A DNA stretch of 64,000 bases from Dehalococcoidia bacterium (GTDB lineage: Bacteria > Chloroflexota > Dehalococcoidia > SHYB01), in contig OZ253453.1 in assembly GCA_965261455.1 (NCBI GenBank), positions 3,447,372 through 3,511,371 of the forward strand, given 5' to 3'. Below the pieces are notes generated by a model. It did no database searches and was not told the DNA's origin. It saw only the letters and a list, made by a program, of their open reading frames with translations. Position numbers and translations under genes: made by a program. This document shows, in pieces, positions 54,352-63,507 of the stretch; within the stretch, counting starts at the first letter, position 1, and every line of letters starts with the position of its first letter.

Positions 54352-54392
54352 AAGAGAGAGGCGGCCCCTGGGGACCGCCTCTCCTTGCGAGT
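54352..54392 (-). terminator. Terminator hairpin downstream of the ABC substrate-binding protein gene
   Basis: The minus strand reads gagaggcggtcccc agg ggccgcctctc followed by tctttgtgg. Confidence 0.45.
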
Positions 54393-54407
54393 CTGTCTGT
54401 TGGCGGG

Positions 54408-56435
54408 TCAGTTACTTCCGGGGACGTAGTTCGGCGAGCCGCCGTCGGTCTTGTCGCCGAAAGGCGTGAAGTCCCGGTCGATCCAGAGTTGCTCCATGTC
54501 CTCGACGACGTCGGCGACGGTGCAGCACTGGGTCAGCGGCATGTTGCGCAACGAGGGCCACCAGGAGTGGAAGCGCTTGGTGCGGAAGAGGGGGACGAAG
54601 ATGCGGCGTTCGAGCAAGTCGATCTGGATCTCCTCGGCGATGGCCAACTGTTCGTCGAAGGTCCGGGCTTGGAGGAAGTCTACCCAAAGCTGACCGACTG
54701 GGCCGAGGTCCCAGTGCTCGGTGAAGTACCCCTCGTCGTTGAACGTCGGGCCGTACTGGAGGCGCATGTTGGCGCCGGGGAAGGGGGAGCCCGAGAAGAG
54801 GAAGAACCAGCCCACGTCCCAGTTCTTGGTGCGCAGCTCGTCGAAGTCGCTCGAGCCGGGGATCACGAGACCCTCGCCGGTGGGCACGACCCAGATGTCG
54901 GCCAGGGAGTCGATGGCGATCTGCATGGCCTCCTGGGAGGAGAGGCGGGCGACGAACCGCAGCTCAAGCGGATTGTCGGGGCTGAAGCCGGCGGCTCTCA
55001 TGAGCTGACGGGCGGCGAGGACGTCGCGGGCGCGGTCGACCTGGTTATCGGCGTAGCCGGGGCGGCCCTCGAACATCTGTCGAGGCAGGGCCCAGGCGCC
55101 GTTCAACTCGGCGGGGATACCGACGCCGTGGAGGACGATGGCGGTCTCCGGGCCGTAGGCGAGGTCGCGGACGGCGAACCGGTCGACGGCGATGTCGATG
55201 GCTTCACGGACACGGGGGTCCCTGAGGGCCGGGTTGCGGTTGTTGAGGAACAAGGAGTTCAAGGTGGACGCCATGTTCGCATGTTGCCAACCGGGGATGG
55301 AGTTGGTCAGCTCGGCGTTTCGTCCCGCCAAACGGTTGGTGACGACGGGCCGCTGCCAGAGGACGTTGCCCGAGGTGAAGGCGCCGATGATCGCGGTGGT
55401 GTCCGAGATGATGAAGATCTCGATGGCGTCGAGGTAGGGGATCTGCCGCCCCGCGGCGTCGGTCTTCCAATGGTCGGGGCTGGCTTCCATGGCGAACTTC
55501 ACGTCCGCCTCGGAGGAGACGAAGCGGAAGGGCCCGGTACCGTTGCCCTTCTCGTTGACATCGCCTGGCCTGACGTCGGAGGGGAGGATGTAGAGCGTCC
55601 GAGTGAGTTCGAGGAGCTGGTTGAAGAACGCGCTGCTGAACTCCTTGAGGCGAATTTCGACGGTGGTGTCGTCGATGGCGACGGCCGCGTCGACGACGGC
55701 CATGGCGGCGGCGTTCCCCGGGTCACGGAGCCTCGAAGGGGCGCCGCCGTCGCCTTCCGTCTGACTCTCATACTTCTCGGCGTTCTTCATCCGGTCCATG
55801 CTGTAGACGACATCTTCGGCGGTAAAGGCGGAACCGTCGTGGAACGTGACGCCCTCGCGGAGTTTGAAGGAGTAGACCTTCCCGTCGGAGCTCAGGGACC
55901 ATTCCGTCGCGAGGTCGGGGACGGCGCTCGCCCCGTCGAATTTGCTCGGTTCGATGAGCTTGTCGTACATGGGGCGGATGGGGGTGACGATGCCGGTGCT
56001 GATCCGCAGGAATGGATCGAGGCCGCGGGCGTTCAGTTGCTGCACCGCGGTGAGGGTGCCGCCGCGGATGGGATCGACGCCGGGAACCGCGGTGGGCACC
56101 GGCACGGGCGTGGCGGTGGGGGCGCGGGTCGGGGGTACGGCGGTGGGCGTGGCCCCGGGCATGGAGGTGGCCGCTGGCATGGCGGTAGCCGCGGGCATGG
56201 CGGTGGCCGCTGGCATGGAGGTAGCCCCGGGCATGGCGGTGGCCGCTGGCATGGCGGTAGCCGCGGGCATGGCGGTAGCCGCGGGCATAGCGGTAGCCGG
56301 CGCGGCCGTCGGCTGCGGCGCGGCCGTGGGTTGGGGTGCCTCGGTGGGATCGCCGCCGCCGCACGAGGCGACGATCAGCAGCATGACCCCGAGCGCGGCG
56401 ACAAACGAGAAGAGTCTGCGGTGCCGTGTGAGCAT
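54408..56435 (-). CDS. ABC transporter substrate-binding lipoprotein, family 5 (peptide/nickel, DppA/OppA-like)
   Basis: Lipobox LIVASCGG. (ATAMPA)n linker encoded by 18-nt tandem repeats. SBP_bac_5-type body. Confidence 0.85.
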   Translation of the reverse strand: MLTRHRRLFSFVAALGVMLLIVASCGGGDPTEAPQPTAAPQPTAAPATAMPAATAMPAATAMPAATAMPGATSMPAATAMPAATAMPAATSMPGATPTAVPPTRAPTATPVPVPTAVPGVDPIRGGTLTAVQQLNARGLDPFLRISTGIVTPIRPMYDKLIEPSKFDGASAVPDLATEWSLSSDGKVYSFKLREGVTFHDGSAFTAEDVVYSMDRMKNAEKYESQTEGDGGAPSRLRDPGNAAAMAVVDAAVAIDDTTVEIRLKEFSSAFFNQLLELTRTLYILPSDVRPGDVNEKGNGTGPFRFVSSEADVKFAMEASPDHWKTDAAGRQIPYLDAIEIFIISDTTAIIGAFTSGNVLWQRPVVTNRLAGRNAELTNSIPGWQHANMASTLNSLFLNNRNPALRDPRVREAIDIAVDRFAVRDLAYGPETAIVLHGVGIPAELNGAWALPRQMFEGRPGYADNQVDRARDVLAARQLMRAAGFSPDNPLELRFVARLSSQEAMQIAIDSLADIWVVPTGEGLVIPGSSDFDELRTKNWDVGWFFLFSGSPFPGANMRLQYGPTFNDEGYFTEHWDLGPVGQLWVDFLQARTFDEQLAIAEEIQIDLLERRIFVPLFRTKRFHSWWPSLRNMPLTQCCTVADVVEDMEQLWIDRDFTPFGDKTDGGSPNYVPGSN

Positions 56436-56718
56436 TCTTGCCTCCTGATAAGGGGCGCCTTCAAAGCGCGTCCTCTGAAGTCTCACCCGCGAGGACGCGC
56501 AGAACGCCCGCAGTCGGCACGATAGCAGGGGGCTTTCGCTTCTGTCAATGCGCGTAGGCGCAGCCCGCGGAGGGCGAAATCGGCATGCTTGACGCTCCCA
56601 GAGGGGCGTACTACAGTTCGCGCACGCTCACGCGCCGGCGGAGCGCGCCCGCGGCCCAGGCGTCTATCCGACTAGGTTTGGAAGGAGTGCGCCTCACCGG
56701 CGCTCCGGTTCCCGCCTC

Positions 56719-57687
56719 ATGCAGAAGTACATCGCCCGCCGGCTCCTGCTTTTCGTTCCAACGCTCTTCCTTGCGTCGGTGCTGGTCTTCCTCATCGTGC
56801 GGGTCGCGCCCGGCGATCCGGTGGACACGTTCTTTGGGACCGACCCCACGCTCGACGCGGGGGTCTCGTTCTCGCAGGAGCAGCGCGACGCGCTCCGGGA
56901 GGAGCTGGACCTCGACCACAACGTCGTGGTGCAGTACGGCCTCTGGGTGGCGGACGTCTTCACGCTGAACCCAGGAGAGTCGTTCCGCACCCAGGAAGAG
57001 GTCCTCGACGTGGTGAAGTCGTCGCTGCCGCTGACCCTGGAGCTTGCCTTTGCGACCATGATCATCGCGGTGTTGGTGGCGCTACCCTTGGGGATCATCA
57101 GCGCGATACGTCAGGACACCTGGCTCGACTACGGGTTGCGGGTCTTCAGCATCGGCTTTCTGGCGATGCCGATTTTCTGGACGGGGATCATCGCCTTGGT
57201 GATCGCCTTCGAGACGTTCAGATGGGGGCCGCCGGTGGACTACGCCGACATCTGGGAGGACCCGTGGCTCAATATAAGGAAGCTGTGGCTGCCGGTGTTG
57301 ATTCTGGCGCTCAACTCGGCGGCGGTGCTCGCCCGGATGCTGCGCTCCGCCACCCTGGAAGTGCTGCGCCAGGACTACGTGCGCACGGCCTTCGCCAAGG
57401 GCCTGCGGGAACGGACGGTGGTGGCGCGGCACGTGGTGAAGAACTCGCTGCTGCCCGTGGTAACGGTGGCGGGTATCCAGTTCGCGGTTCTCTTCAGCGG
57501 CACGGTCATTACCGAGCAGCTCTTCAACCTCCCTGGCGTGGGCAAGAAGCTGATCCTGTCTCTTGATACCAACGACTTCCCCATCATCCAGTTCGTGGTG
57601 GTGCTGGTGGCGCTGTTCGTCACCATCATCAACCTTCTGGTGGACTTGCTCTACGGCTACCTCGACCCTCGGATTCGGTACGAATAG
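56719..57687 (+). CDS. ABC transporter permease (DppB/OppB-like)
   Basis: 322 aa, 6 TMS, with permease EAA-like loop …AFAKGLRERTVVARHVVKNSLLPVVT. Confidence 0.9.
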   Translation: MQKYIARRLLLFVPTLFLASVLVFLIVRVAPGDPVDTFFGTDPTLDAGVSFSQEQRDALREELDLDHNVVVQYGLWVADVFTLNPGESFRTQEEVLDVVKSSLPLTLELAFATMIIAVLVALPLGIISAIRQDTWLDYGLRVFSIGFLAMPIFWTGIIALVIAFETFRWGPPVDYADIWEDPWLNIRKLWLPVLILALNSAAVLARMLRSATLEVLRQDYVRTAFAKGLRERTVVARHVVKNSLLPVVTVAGIQFAVLFSGTVITEQLFNLPGVGKKLILSLDTNDFPIIQFVVVLVALFVTIINLLVDLLYGYLDPRIRYE

Positions 57688-57699
57688 GCGCGCCGCCCC

Positions 57700-58713
57700 A
57701 TGACGATGAAGGCACCGCTGCAAGAACAGGCCCGCCACCCCGCGGCGTGGGCGCTCGACCGGGCGCGCACGCTGCCGGCGTCCCTGTGGGGCTTTTCCCG
57801 AAGCAAGCCGCTGGGCGGCATCGGCTTGGCCATCCTGGTAGGCTTGGTCCTAATAGGGATCTTCCGAGGTGTCATCGCGCCCTACGATCCGGAGCGGGTG
57901 TTCAACCAGACGACGGAGACGGCGGACAAGCCGGCGGAGACCCTGCGCCTCCGCGGCCCCTTCACCAGCGGCACGGTGTCCGAGATACCGGACGACGCGG
58001 TCACGGTCGACGACATCATCGTCGAGGACGTCTTCTTCTTGCTGGGAACGGACCAGCTGAGCAAGGACGTCTTCAGCCGGCTGGTACACGGGGCGTGGAC
58101 GGCGACCAAGCTCTCCCTGAGCGCCGTCGTGCTGGCGACTCTGGCCGGTTCGCTAGTCGGCCTGCTGAGCGGCTATTACGGGGGGAGGCTCGATCTGTTC
58201 GCGCAGCGCGTTGTCGACGCCTGGCTCTCGATACCGGGGCTGATCCTGGCGATCGCCATCGTCGGCGGCATCGGGGCGAGCACGCTCACGATCATCATTG
58301 CTATTTCCTCCTTCCTCTGGCCGGCGACCTCACGCGTCATCCGGTCGGTCACGCTCAGCGTGAAGGAGTCGCAGTACGTGGAGGCGGCGCGTGCGCTGGG
58401 GGCCGGCGACGTGCGCATCATGCTCCGCCACGTGCTCCCGCAGACGATGGCGCCCCTGATGATCATGGCCTCCTCCATCGTGGGCATCGCCATCACCGTG
58501 GAGGCGGCGCTGGCCTTCCTTGGAGTCGGCATTCCGCCGGGGCAGGCCTCGTGGGGGCAGATGCTTTCGGGCCAAGTGGTGACGCACGCCCGCACCGAGC
58601 CGCTGCTCGTCGTCTGGCCCGGACTGGTAATCACCGCCGCCGTGTTCGGGGCCAACCTGCTCGGCGACTCGCTCCGCGACGTGCTCGACCCCAGGCTCCG
58701 CGGCGCCCAATAG
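57700..58713 (+). CDS. ABC transporter permease (DppC/OppC-like)
   Basis: 337 aa. …EAARALGAGDVRIMLRHVLPQTMAPLMI. Confidence 0.9.
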   Translation: MTMKAPLQEQARHPAAWALDRARTLPASLWGFSRSKPLGGIGLAILVGLVLIGIFRGVIAPYDPERVFNQTTETADKPAETLRLRGPFTSGTVSEIPDDAVTVDDIIVEDVFFLLGTDQLSKDVFSRLVHGAWTATKLSLSAVVLATLAGSLVGLLSGYYGGRLDLFAQRVVDAWLSIPGLILAIAIVGGIGASTLTIIIAISSFLWPATSRVIRSVTLSVKESQYVEAARALGAGDVRIMLRHVLPQTMAPLMIMASSIVGIAITVEAALAFLGVGIPPGQASWGQMLSGQVVTHARTEPLLVVWPGLVITAAVFGANLLGDSLRDVLDPRLRGAQ

Positions 58714-58814
58714 CCTGCTGACCGTTGCGGGGCCATCGGGTACAATTCCGTAAGCGAATGACCGGTCGCGCAAGAGTGGCGGAGCGGCGGGCGGGCCGCC
58801 GGAAGGGGACTCGG

Positions 58815-60512
58815 ATGCAGTACGACCTCGTGATCAAGAACGGCACCGTCGTCGATGGGACGGGACTGCCCAAGCAGCAGGCCGACGTGGCGATCAAGGA
58901 TGGGCTGATCCAGCAGGTCGGCCGGATCAACGCCCCGGCGAACGAGACTATCGACGCTGAAGGGCTGATCGTCTCCCCAGGCTTCATCGACCCGCACACG
59001 CACTACGACGGCCAGCTTACCTGGGACCCGCTGGCGCTTTCGTCGTCGTGGCACGGGGTTACCACGGTGGTGATGGGGAACTGCGGCTACACGCTCGCGC
59101 CCTGCCGCCCCAGTGACAAAGAGCACGAGTACATGAGCAAAACGTTTGCCAAGGTGGAGGGCATGTCGCTCTCCGCCCTCGAGGCGGGCGTCCCGTGGAC
59201 GTGGGAGACGTACGCCGAGTACCTCGACACCCTCGACGCGCGCCTCGGCGTCAACGCCGTCCCCTACATCGGCCACACCGCGGTCCGGCGCTACGTGATG
59301 GGCGAGGAGTGCTTCGAGCGCGAGGCCAACGACGACGAGATCCAGCGCATGCGCATGGAAGTGGGCAAGGGGATGGCGGCGGGCGCCTGCGGCTTCTCTA
59401 CGTCGCAAGCGTCAAGCCATGTTGGATATTACGAGGAGCCGATCCCCAGCCGCCTCGCCACCGACCGCGAGATCGAGGAGCTCTGCGGGGCCGTCGGCGA
59501 CGCCAATGCGGGCAACCTGATGGTCCTGTGCCGCAGCGCCATCGAGGGCATCAACGCCGACGACCGCAAGCTGCTCATCCGCCTCTCCGCCGACAACGGC
59601 CGCCCGGTGATCATCCAGGGCCGCCTGATCCAGGAGGCCATCGATGCCGGCGCCGGCGTGTTCGGGCTGCTGCAGGCGAGGCCCTTCGACCGCATCTTCA
59701 ATCTCAAGCACACCACTGTCCTCGACGGGCTGCTCACCTGGGGCACGGTGCTGCGTAAGCCCATGGACGAGCGTCTGCGCCTGCTCCGCGACCCCGAGAC
59801 CCGGGCCGCCATGCGCCACGACGTGGACCATCCCAATACCGACCGCAACAAGGGCGTCGTCCTGCCGGCCCCGCCGTGGGAGACGATCTTCGTCAACACG
59901 GTGAAGCTCGACAAGAACCGCGGCCTGGAAGGCAAGTCGGTGGTCGAGATCTCGAAAGAGACCGGCAAGCACATCGCCGACGTCATCATCGACCTGGCGC
60001 TGGAGGAAGACCTCGAAACGTTCTTCCGCTACTTCAAGGGCCGGACGGACGCCGAAGAAGAGAAGATGCTCCGTGACCTCCGGTCGCCGTACGCGGTCCT
60101 GGGCATCTCGGACGCAGGGGCGCACCTCGACCGCGACGACGGGGCCTACTATGCTACCCACTTCCTGCAGGAATACGTCCGCGATAAGGGACTGTTCTCG
60201 CTGGAGGAGGCGGTCCGCATGTTGACGTTCGTGCCCGCGGCGGTGTGGAACATCTACGACCGCGGCATTCTGCGTCCCGGCTACGCCGCCGACGTGACAA
60301 TCTTCGACGCCGCGAAGATCCGGCTCGTCTCCAAGGACATGTCGAACGACCTCCCCGGCGGCGACTACCGCTTCAGCGCGGTGCCCGACGGCGTGAACTA
60401 CACCATCGTCAACGGCCAGGTCCTCATCAAGGACAGGGAGCACCAGGGCGCGTACCCCGGCAAGGTGATCCGCTCGAACAAGGTGAGCCGCCCCGCCATC
60501 GGCGTAAGCTAG
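58815..60512 (+). CDS. D-aminoacylase / N-acyl-D-amino-acid deacylase family (amidohydrolase-3)
   Basis: MQYDLVIKNGTVVDGTG…SPGFIDPHTHYDGQ…GISDAGAHLD. Internal ATG of track ORF 58725. Confidence 0.8.
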   Translation: MQYDLVIKNGTVVDGTGLPKQQADVAIKDGLIQQVGRINAPANETIDAEGLIVSPGFIDPHTHYDGQLTWDPLALSSSWHGVTTVVMGNCGYTLAPCRPSDKEHEYMSKTFAKVEGMSLSALEAGVPWTWETYAEYLDTLDARLGVNAVPYIGHTAVRRYVMGEECFEREANDDEIQRMRMEVGKGMAAGACGFSTSQASSHVGYYEEPIPSRLATDREIEELCGAVGDANAGNLMVLCRSAIEGINADDRKLLIRLSADNGRPVIIQGRLIQEAIDAGAGVFGLLQARPFDRIFNLKHTTVLDGLLTWGTVLRKPMDERLRLLRDPETRAAMRHDVDHPNTDRNKGVVLPAPPWETIFVNTVKLDKNRGLEGKSVVEISKETGKHIADVIIDLALEEDLETFFRYFKGRTDAEEEKMLRDLRSPYAVLGISDAGAHLDRDDGAYYATHFLQEYVRDKGLFSLEEAVRMLTFVPAAVWNIYDRGILRPGYAADVTIFDAAKIRLVSKDMSNDLPGGDYRFSAVPDGVNYTIVNGQVLIKDREHQGAYPGKVIRSNKVSRPAIGVS

Positions 60513-60554
60513 CGCGGGGACTTTTCCCGCTCACGACGGCGGCGCCCCTGTTCT

Positions 60555-60720
60555 GGGGCGCCGCGCCTTAAGCCTCTCCCCCTCTGGGGGAGACTTAGAG
60601 AGGGCGCGCGCCGCGTGCGCGCGCCCTTAGGGCGCCGCCTCCCTCCGAAACCCGCCAACCCTGTCGAGGTCTGCCACTCCCGTAGCCTGGTTCTCCTAAG
60701 GAGAAAAACCTCGTAGCGTA
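60555..60720. repeat. Intergenic repeat cluster (module A plus a GC palindrome)
   Basis: ctctccccctctgggggagacttagagagggcgcgcgccgcgtgcgcgcgccc…. Confidence 0.7.
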
Positions 60721-60816
60721 TACTTGAAGAAGGAGCGTCGCGGGCCCGGAGGCAGGCTCGCGGCCCCCGATTCCGGCGCGTCCGACGGGCGCGCCCGTGC
60801 GAGCAGAGGTGAGGCA

Positions 60817-61647
60817 ATGCCGCTACGCGCCGTCTGGAAGGGCGCCATCAGCTTCGGCATGGTGGTCATCCCCGTAAAGCTCTACCCCGCGACCGAACAT
60901 CGCGACATCCGCTTCGTCAACCTTCACAAGGACACCCATACCCGCATCCGCATGAAGCGCTGGTCGCCCCACCACGACGTCGAGGTCGGCATGGAAGACC
61001 TCGTCAAGGGCTACGAGTACGGCAAGGACCAGTACGTCATCCTCGAGGAGTCTGACTTCGACGACCTCCCCGTGCCTTCCAAGCATTCCCTCGACATCAT
61101 CAAGTTCGTCGACATCAAGACCATCGACCCCATCTTCTTCGAGCGCACCTACGTCCTCGAACCGGAGGAGCTGGGCCGCAAGCCGTACGCTCTCCTCCGC
61201 CGGGTCATGGAATCGACGGGCCGCATCGCCGTGGGCAAGCTCTCCCTCCGTCAGAAAGAGCACCTCGTCACCCTCCGCCCCTACCAGAACGGCCTTGCCG
61301 TCGCCACCATGTTCTACGCCGACGAGATCCGCCCCACCGCGGAGATCTTCGACGAAGACGGCGCCGAGGTCTCCGACGCCGAGATCCAGATGGCGTCCAT
61401 GCTCGTCGATCAGCTCACCGGCGAGTTTGATCCCGAGGCCCACGAGGACGAGTACCGCGCCGCCCTCATGCAAGTGATCGAGAACAGGCTCGGCCAGGGA
61501 GGCCCCGTCGCCGCGGCCCCCGAGGCGCCCAAGACGACGGTGCTCGACCTGATGGAAGCCCTGAAGGCGTCGCTCGCCGGCGCCGAATCCGAGCCCGCGC
61601 CGGCCCCGGCCGCCAAGAGCCCCGTCAAGGCGCGCAAGGCGGTCTAG
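60817..61647 (+). CDS. ku: Ku protein (non-homologous end joining)
   Basis: MPLRAVWKGAISFGMVVIPVKLY… Ku core. RBS gaggtgagg is upstream. Lys/Ala-rich C-terminal tail. Confidence 0.9.
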   Translation: MPLRAVWKGAISFGMVVIPVKLYPATEHRDIRFVNLHKDTHTRIRMKRWSPHHDVEVGMEDLVKGYEYGKDQYVILEESDFDDLPVPSKHSLDIIKFVDIKTIDPIFFERTYVLEPEELGRKPYALLRRVMESTGRIAVGKLSLRQKEHLVTLRPYQNGLAVATMFYADEIRPTAEIFDEDGAEVSDAEIQMASMLVDQLTGEFDPEAHEDEYRAALMQVIENRLGQGGPVAAAPEAPKTTVLDLMEALKASLAGAESEPAPAPAAKSPVKARKAV

Positions 61648-62330
61648 CCGCCCCCGAGCCACGCTGGCGGCTCGCCCTCGATGCGCACCGCGAGCCGCTC
61701 CGGTCTCGCGAGATCGCCCTCTGCCGCGTGCGGCAGCACGATCAGCGGGACTTCGGCGTACCGCTCGCGGAAGAAGCGCAGGTTCTCCTGCTCGACCACC
61801 TCCGGCTCCGGCGATACGCCGCTGCAAATCAGCGCGTCGACCGCGAGACCACGGCGGGACGCCGCCTCCATGGTGAGCGCGGTATGGTTTAACGTCCCCA
61901 GGCCGGGCCGGACCACGATGGCGAGCCGTGCGCCCAGCCGCGCCGCGAGGTCGGCGAAGTCGCGCTCGTCGTCCAGCGGGACGAGCAGCCCGCCCGATCC
62001 CTCGACCAGCGTGAGGTCATGCGCCGCCGCGACTTCCTCGCACCGGCGGGCCAGCCCCTCGAAGTCCACCCGCCGCCCCGCCCGCCGCGCCGCGATCGAG
62101 GGCGCCAACGGCTCGGGGAACGCCAGTACCGTCTCGATTGCCGCGTCCACGCCTGCCAGCGCGGCGCGGTAGAAGGCCTCGTCGCCATCGACCTTGGGGT
62201 CTGTGCCGGTCTGCGCCGCCTTGATCAGCGCGACGCTGCCCGCGCGCGACGCCCGCCACGCCAGCCACGCCGCCGCCACCGTCTTCCCCACGCCGGTGTC
62301 GGTCCCGGTGACCAGGACGACCTCACCCAC
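61644..62330 (-). CDS. bioD: Dethiobiotin synthetase
   Basis: VTGTDTGVGKT P-loop. …EGSGGLLVP…. Confidence 0.85.
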   Translation of the reverse strand: MGEVVLVTGTDTGVGKTVAAAWLAWRASRAGSVALIKAAQTGTDPKVDGDEAFYRAALAGVDAAIETVLAFPEPLAPSIAARRAGRRVDFEGLARRCEEVAAAHDLTLVEGSGGLLVPLDDERDFADLAARLGARLAIVVRPGLGTLNHTALTMEAASRRGLAVDALICSGVSPEPEVVEQENLRFFRERYAEVPLIVLPHAAEGDLARPERLAVRIEGEPPAWLGGG

Positions 62331-63507
62331 GCGGCGCCTCCCACCCCTCCAACGCCGCGACGACCTGCCGGATGTGACCCGCGTCGTGGGCGGCGGTGAC
62401 GCCGAATCGGATACGCGAAGCCCCTCGCGGCGTCGCCGGTGGACGCACCGCCCGTGCCAGGATTCCCCGCTCCCGCAAATGCGCCTCGGCGGCGAGCGCC
62501 GCCGCCGGCTTCCCCAAGATCAGCGGCACGATCTGCGACGCCGAGGTCGAGGGCGGATAGCCCAGGTCCGTCAGTCCCACCCGCAGCGCCTCGCTCAGAC
62601 CCAGGGCGCGCTCCGCGAGCTCCGGCTCGGCGCGGGCGATGTCGAGCGCGGCCGACGCCGCGGCAACGGCGGACGGCGGGAGCGCCGTGTCGAAGATGAA
62701 CGTCCGCGCCCGGTTGATTAGATAGTCGATCAGGGCCGCGTCGCCGGCGGCGACGCCCCCAATCGAGCCCAGCGCCTTCGACAGCGTGCCCACCACGACG
62801 GCGCCCGGGCCCGCGCCGTGGGCCGCGAGGAGACCCCCGCCGAAGACGCCGACCGCGTGCGCCTCGTCCACAACCAGGAGTGCCTCGTGACGCAGCGCCG
62901 TGTCGCTCAACGCCTCCAGCGGCGCGAGGTCGCCGTCCATGCTGAATAGGCTCTCCGTCGCCACCAGACGGCGCCGCGCCGGCGTCCTGCGAAGCAGATC
63001 GTCCAGCCGTTCGGCGTCGTTGTGCGGATAGGAGACCGCCGCCGCACCCGAGAGCTTGGCCCCGTCGATGATCGAGGCGTGGGCCCGTTCGTCGTAGAAG
63101 ACAACGTCGCCGCCGCCGGCGAGCGCCCCGATCACGCCGAGGTTCGCCATGTAGCCGGAGCTGAACAGCAGCGCAGCCGTCTGCCCCGTCCACGCCGCCA
63201 GCCGTTCCTCCAGCGCCTCGTGCGCCGGCGTCGAACCATGCAGCAGGCGCGCGGATCTGGCCCCCGTGCCGTACCGCGAGGCGGCGGCGTTCGCCGCGTC
63301 GATGACCTCCGGCCGCGACGCCAGTCCTAGGTAGTCGTTCGAGGTGAAGGCGACGTACTCGCGCCCGCCGAGCGTGGCGTGGACTTCCCCCCGGCGCTCC
63401 GGCGTGACCACCGACCGGCGTAGGCCAAGCCGTCCGAGGCGGACGCGCTCCGCGCGAAGGAAGTCAGCCCACGCCGGGGGCAGACCGCGCGGCGTCGTCG
63501 AGTCCAT
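62323..63507 (-). CDS. bioF: 8-amino-7-oxononanoate synthase
   Basis: PLP lysine in …TLSKALGSIGG… and …SNDYLGL…. Overlaps bioD. Confidence 0.85.
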   Translation of the reverse strand: MDSTTPRGLPPAWADFLRAERVRLGRLGLRRSVVTPERRGEVHATLGGREYVAFTSNDYLGLASRPEVIDAANAAASRYGTGARSARLLHGSTPAHEALEERLAAWTGQTAALLFSSGYMANLGVIGALAGGGDVVFYDERAHASIIDGAKLSGAAAVSYPHNDAERLDDLLRRTPARRRLVATESLFSMDGDLAPLEALSDTALRHEALLVVDEAHAVGVFGGGLLAAHGAGPGAVVVGTLSKALGSIGGVAAGDAALIDYLINRARTFIFDTALPPSAVAAASAALDIARAEPELAERALGLSEALRVGLTDLGYPPSTSASQIVPLILGKPAAALAAEAHLRERGILARAVRPPATPRGASRIRFGVTAAHDAGHIRQVVAALEGWEAPRG

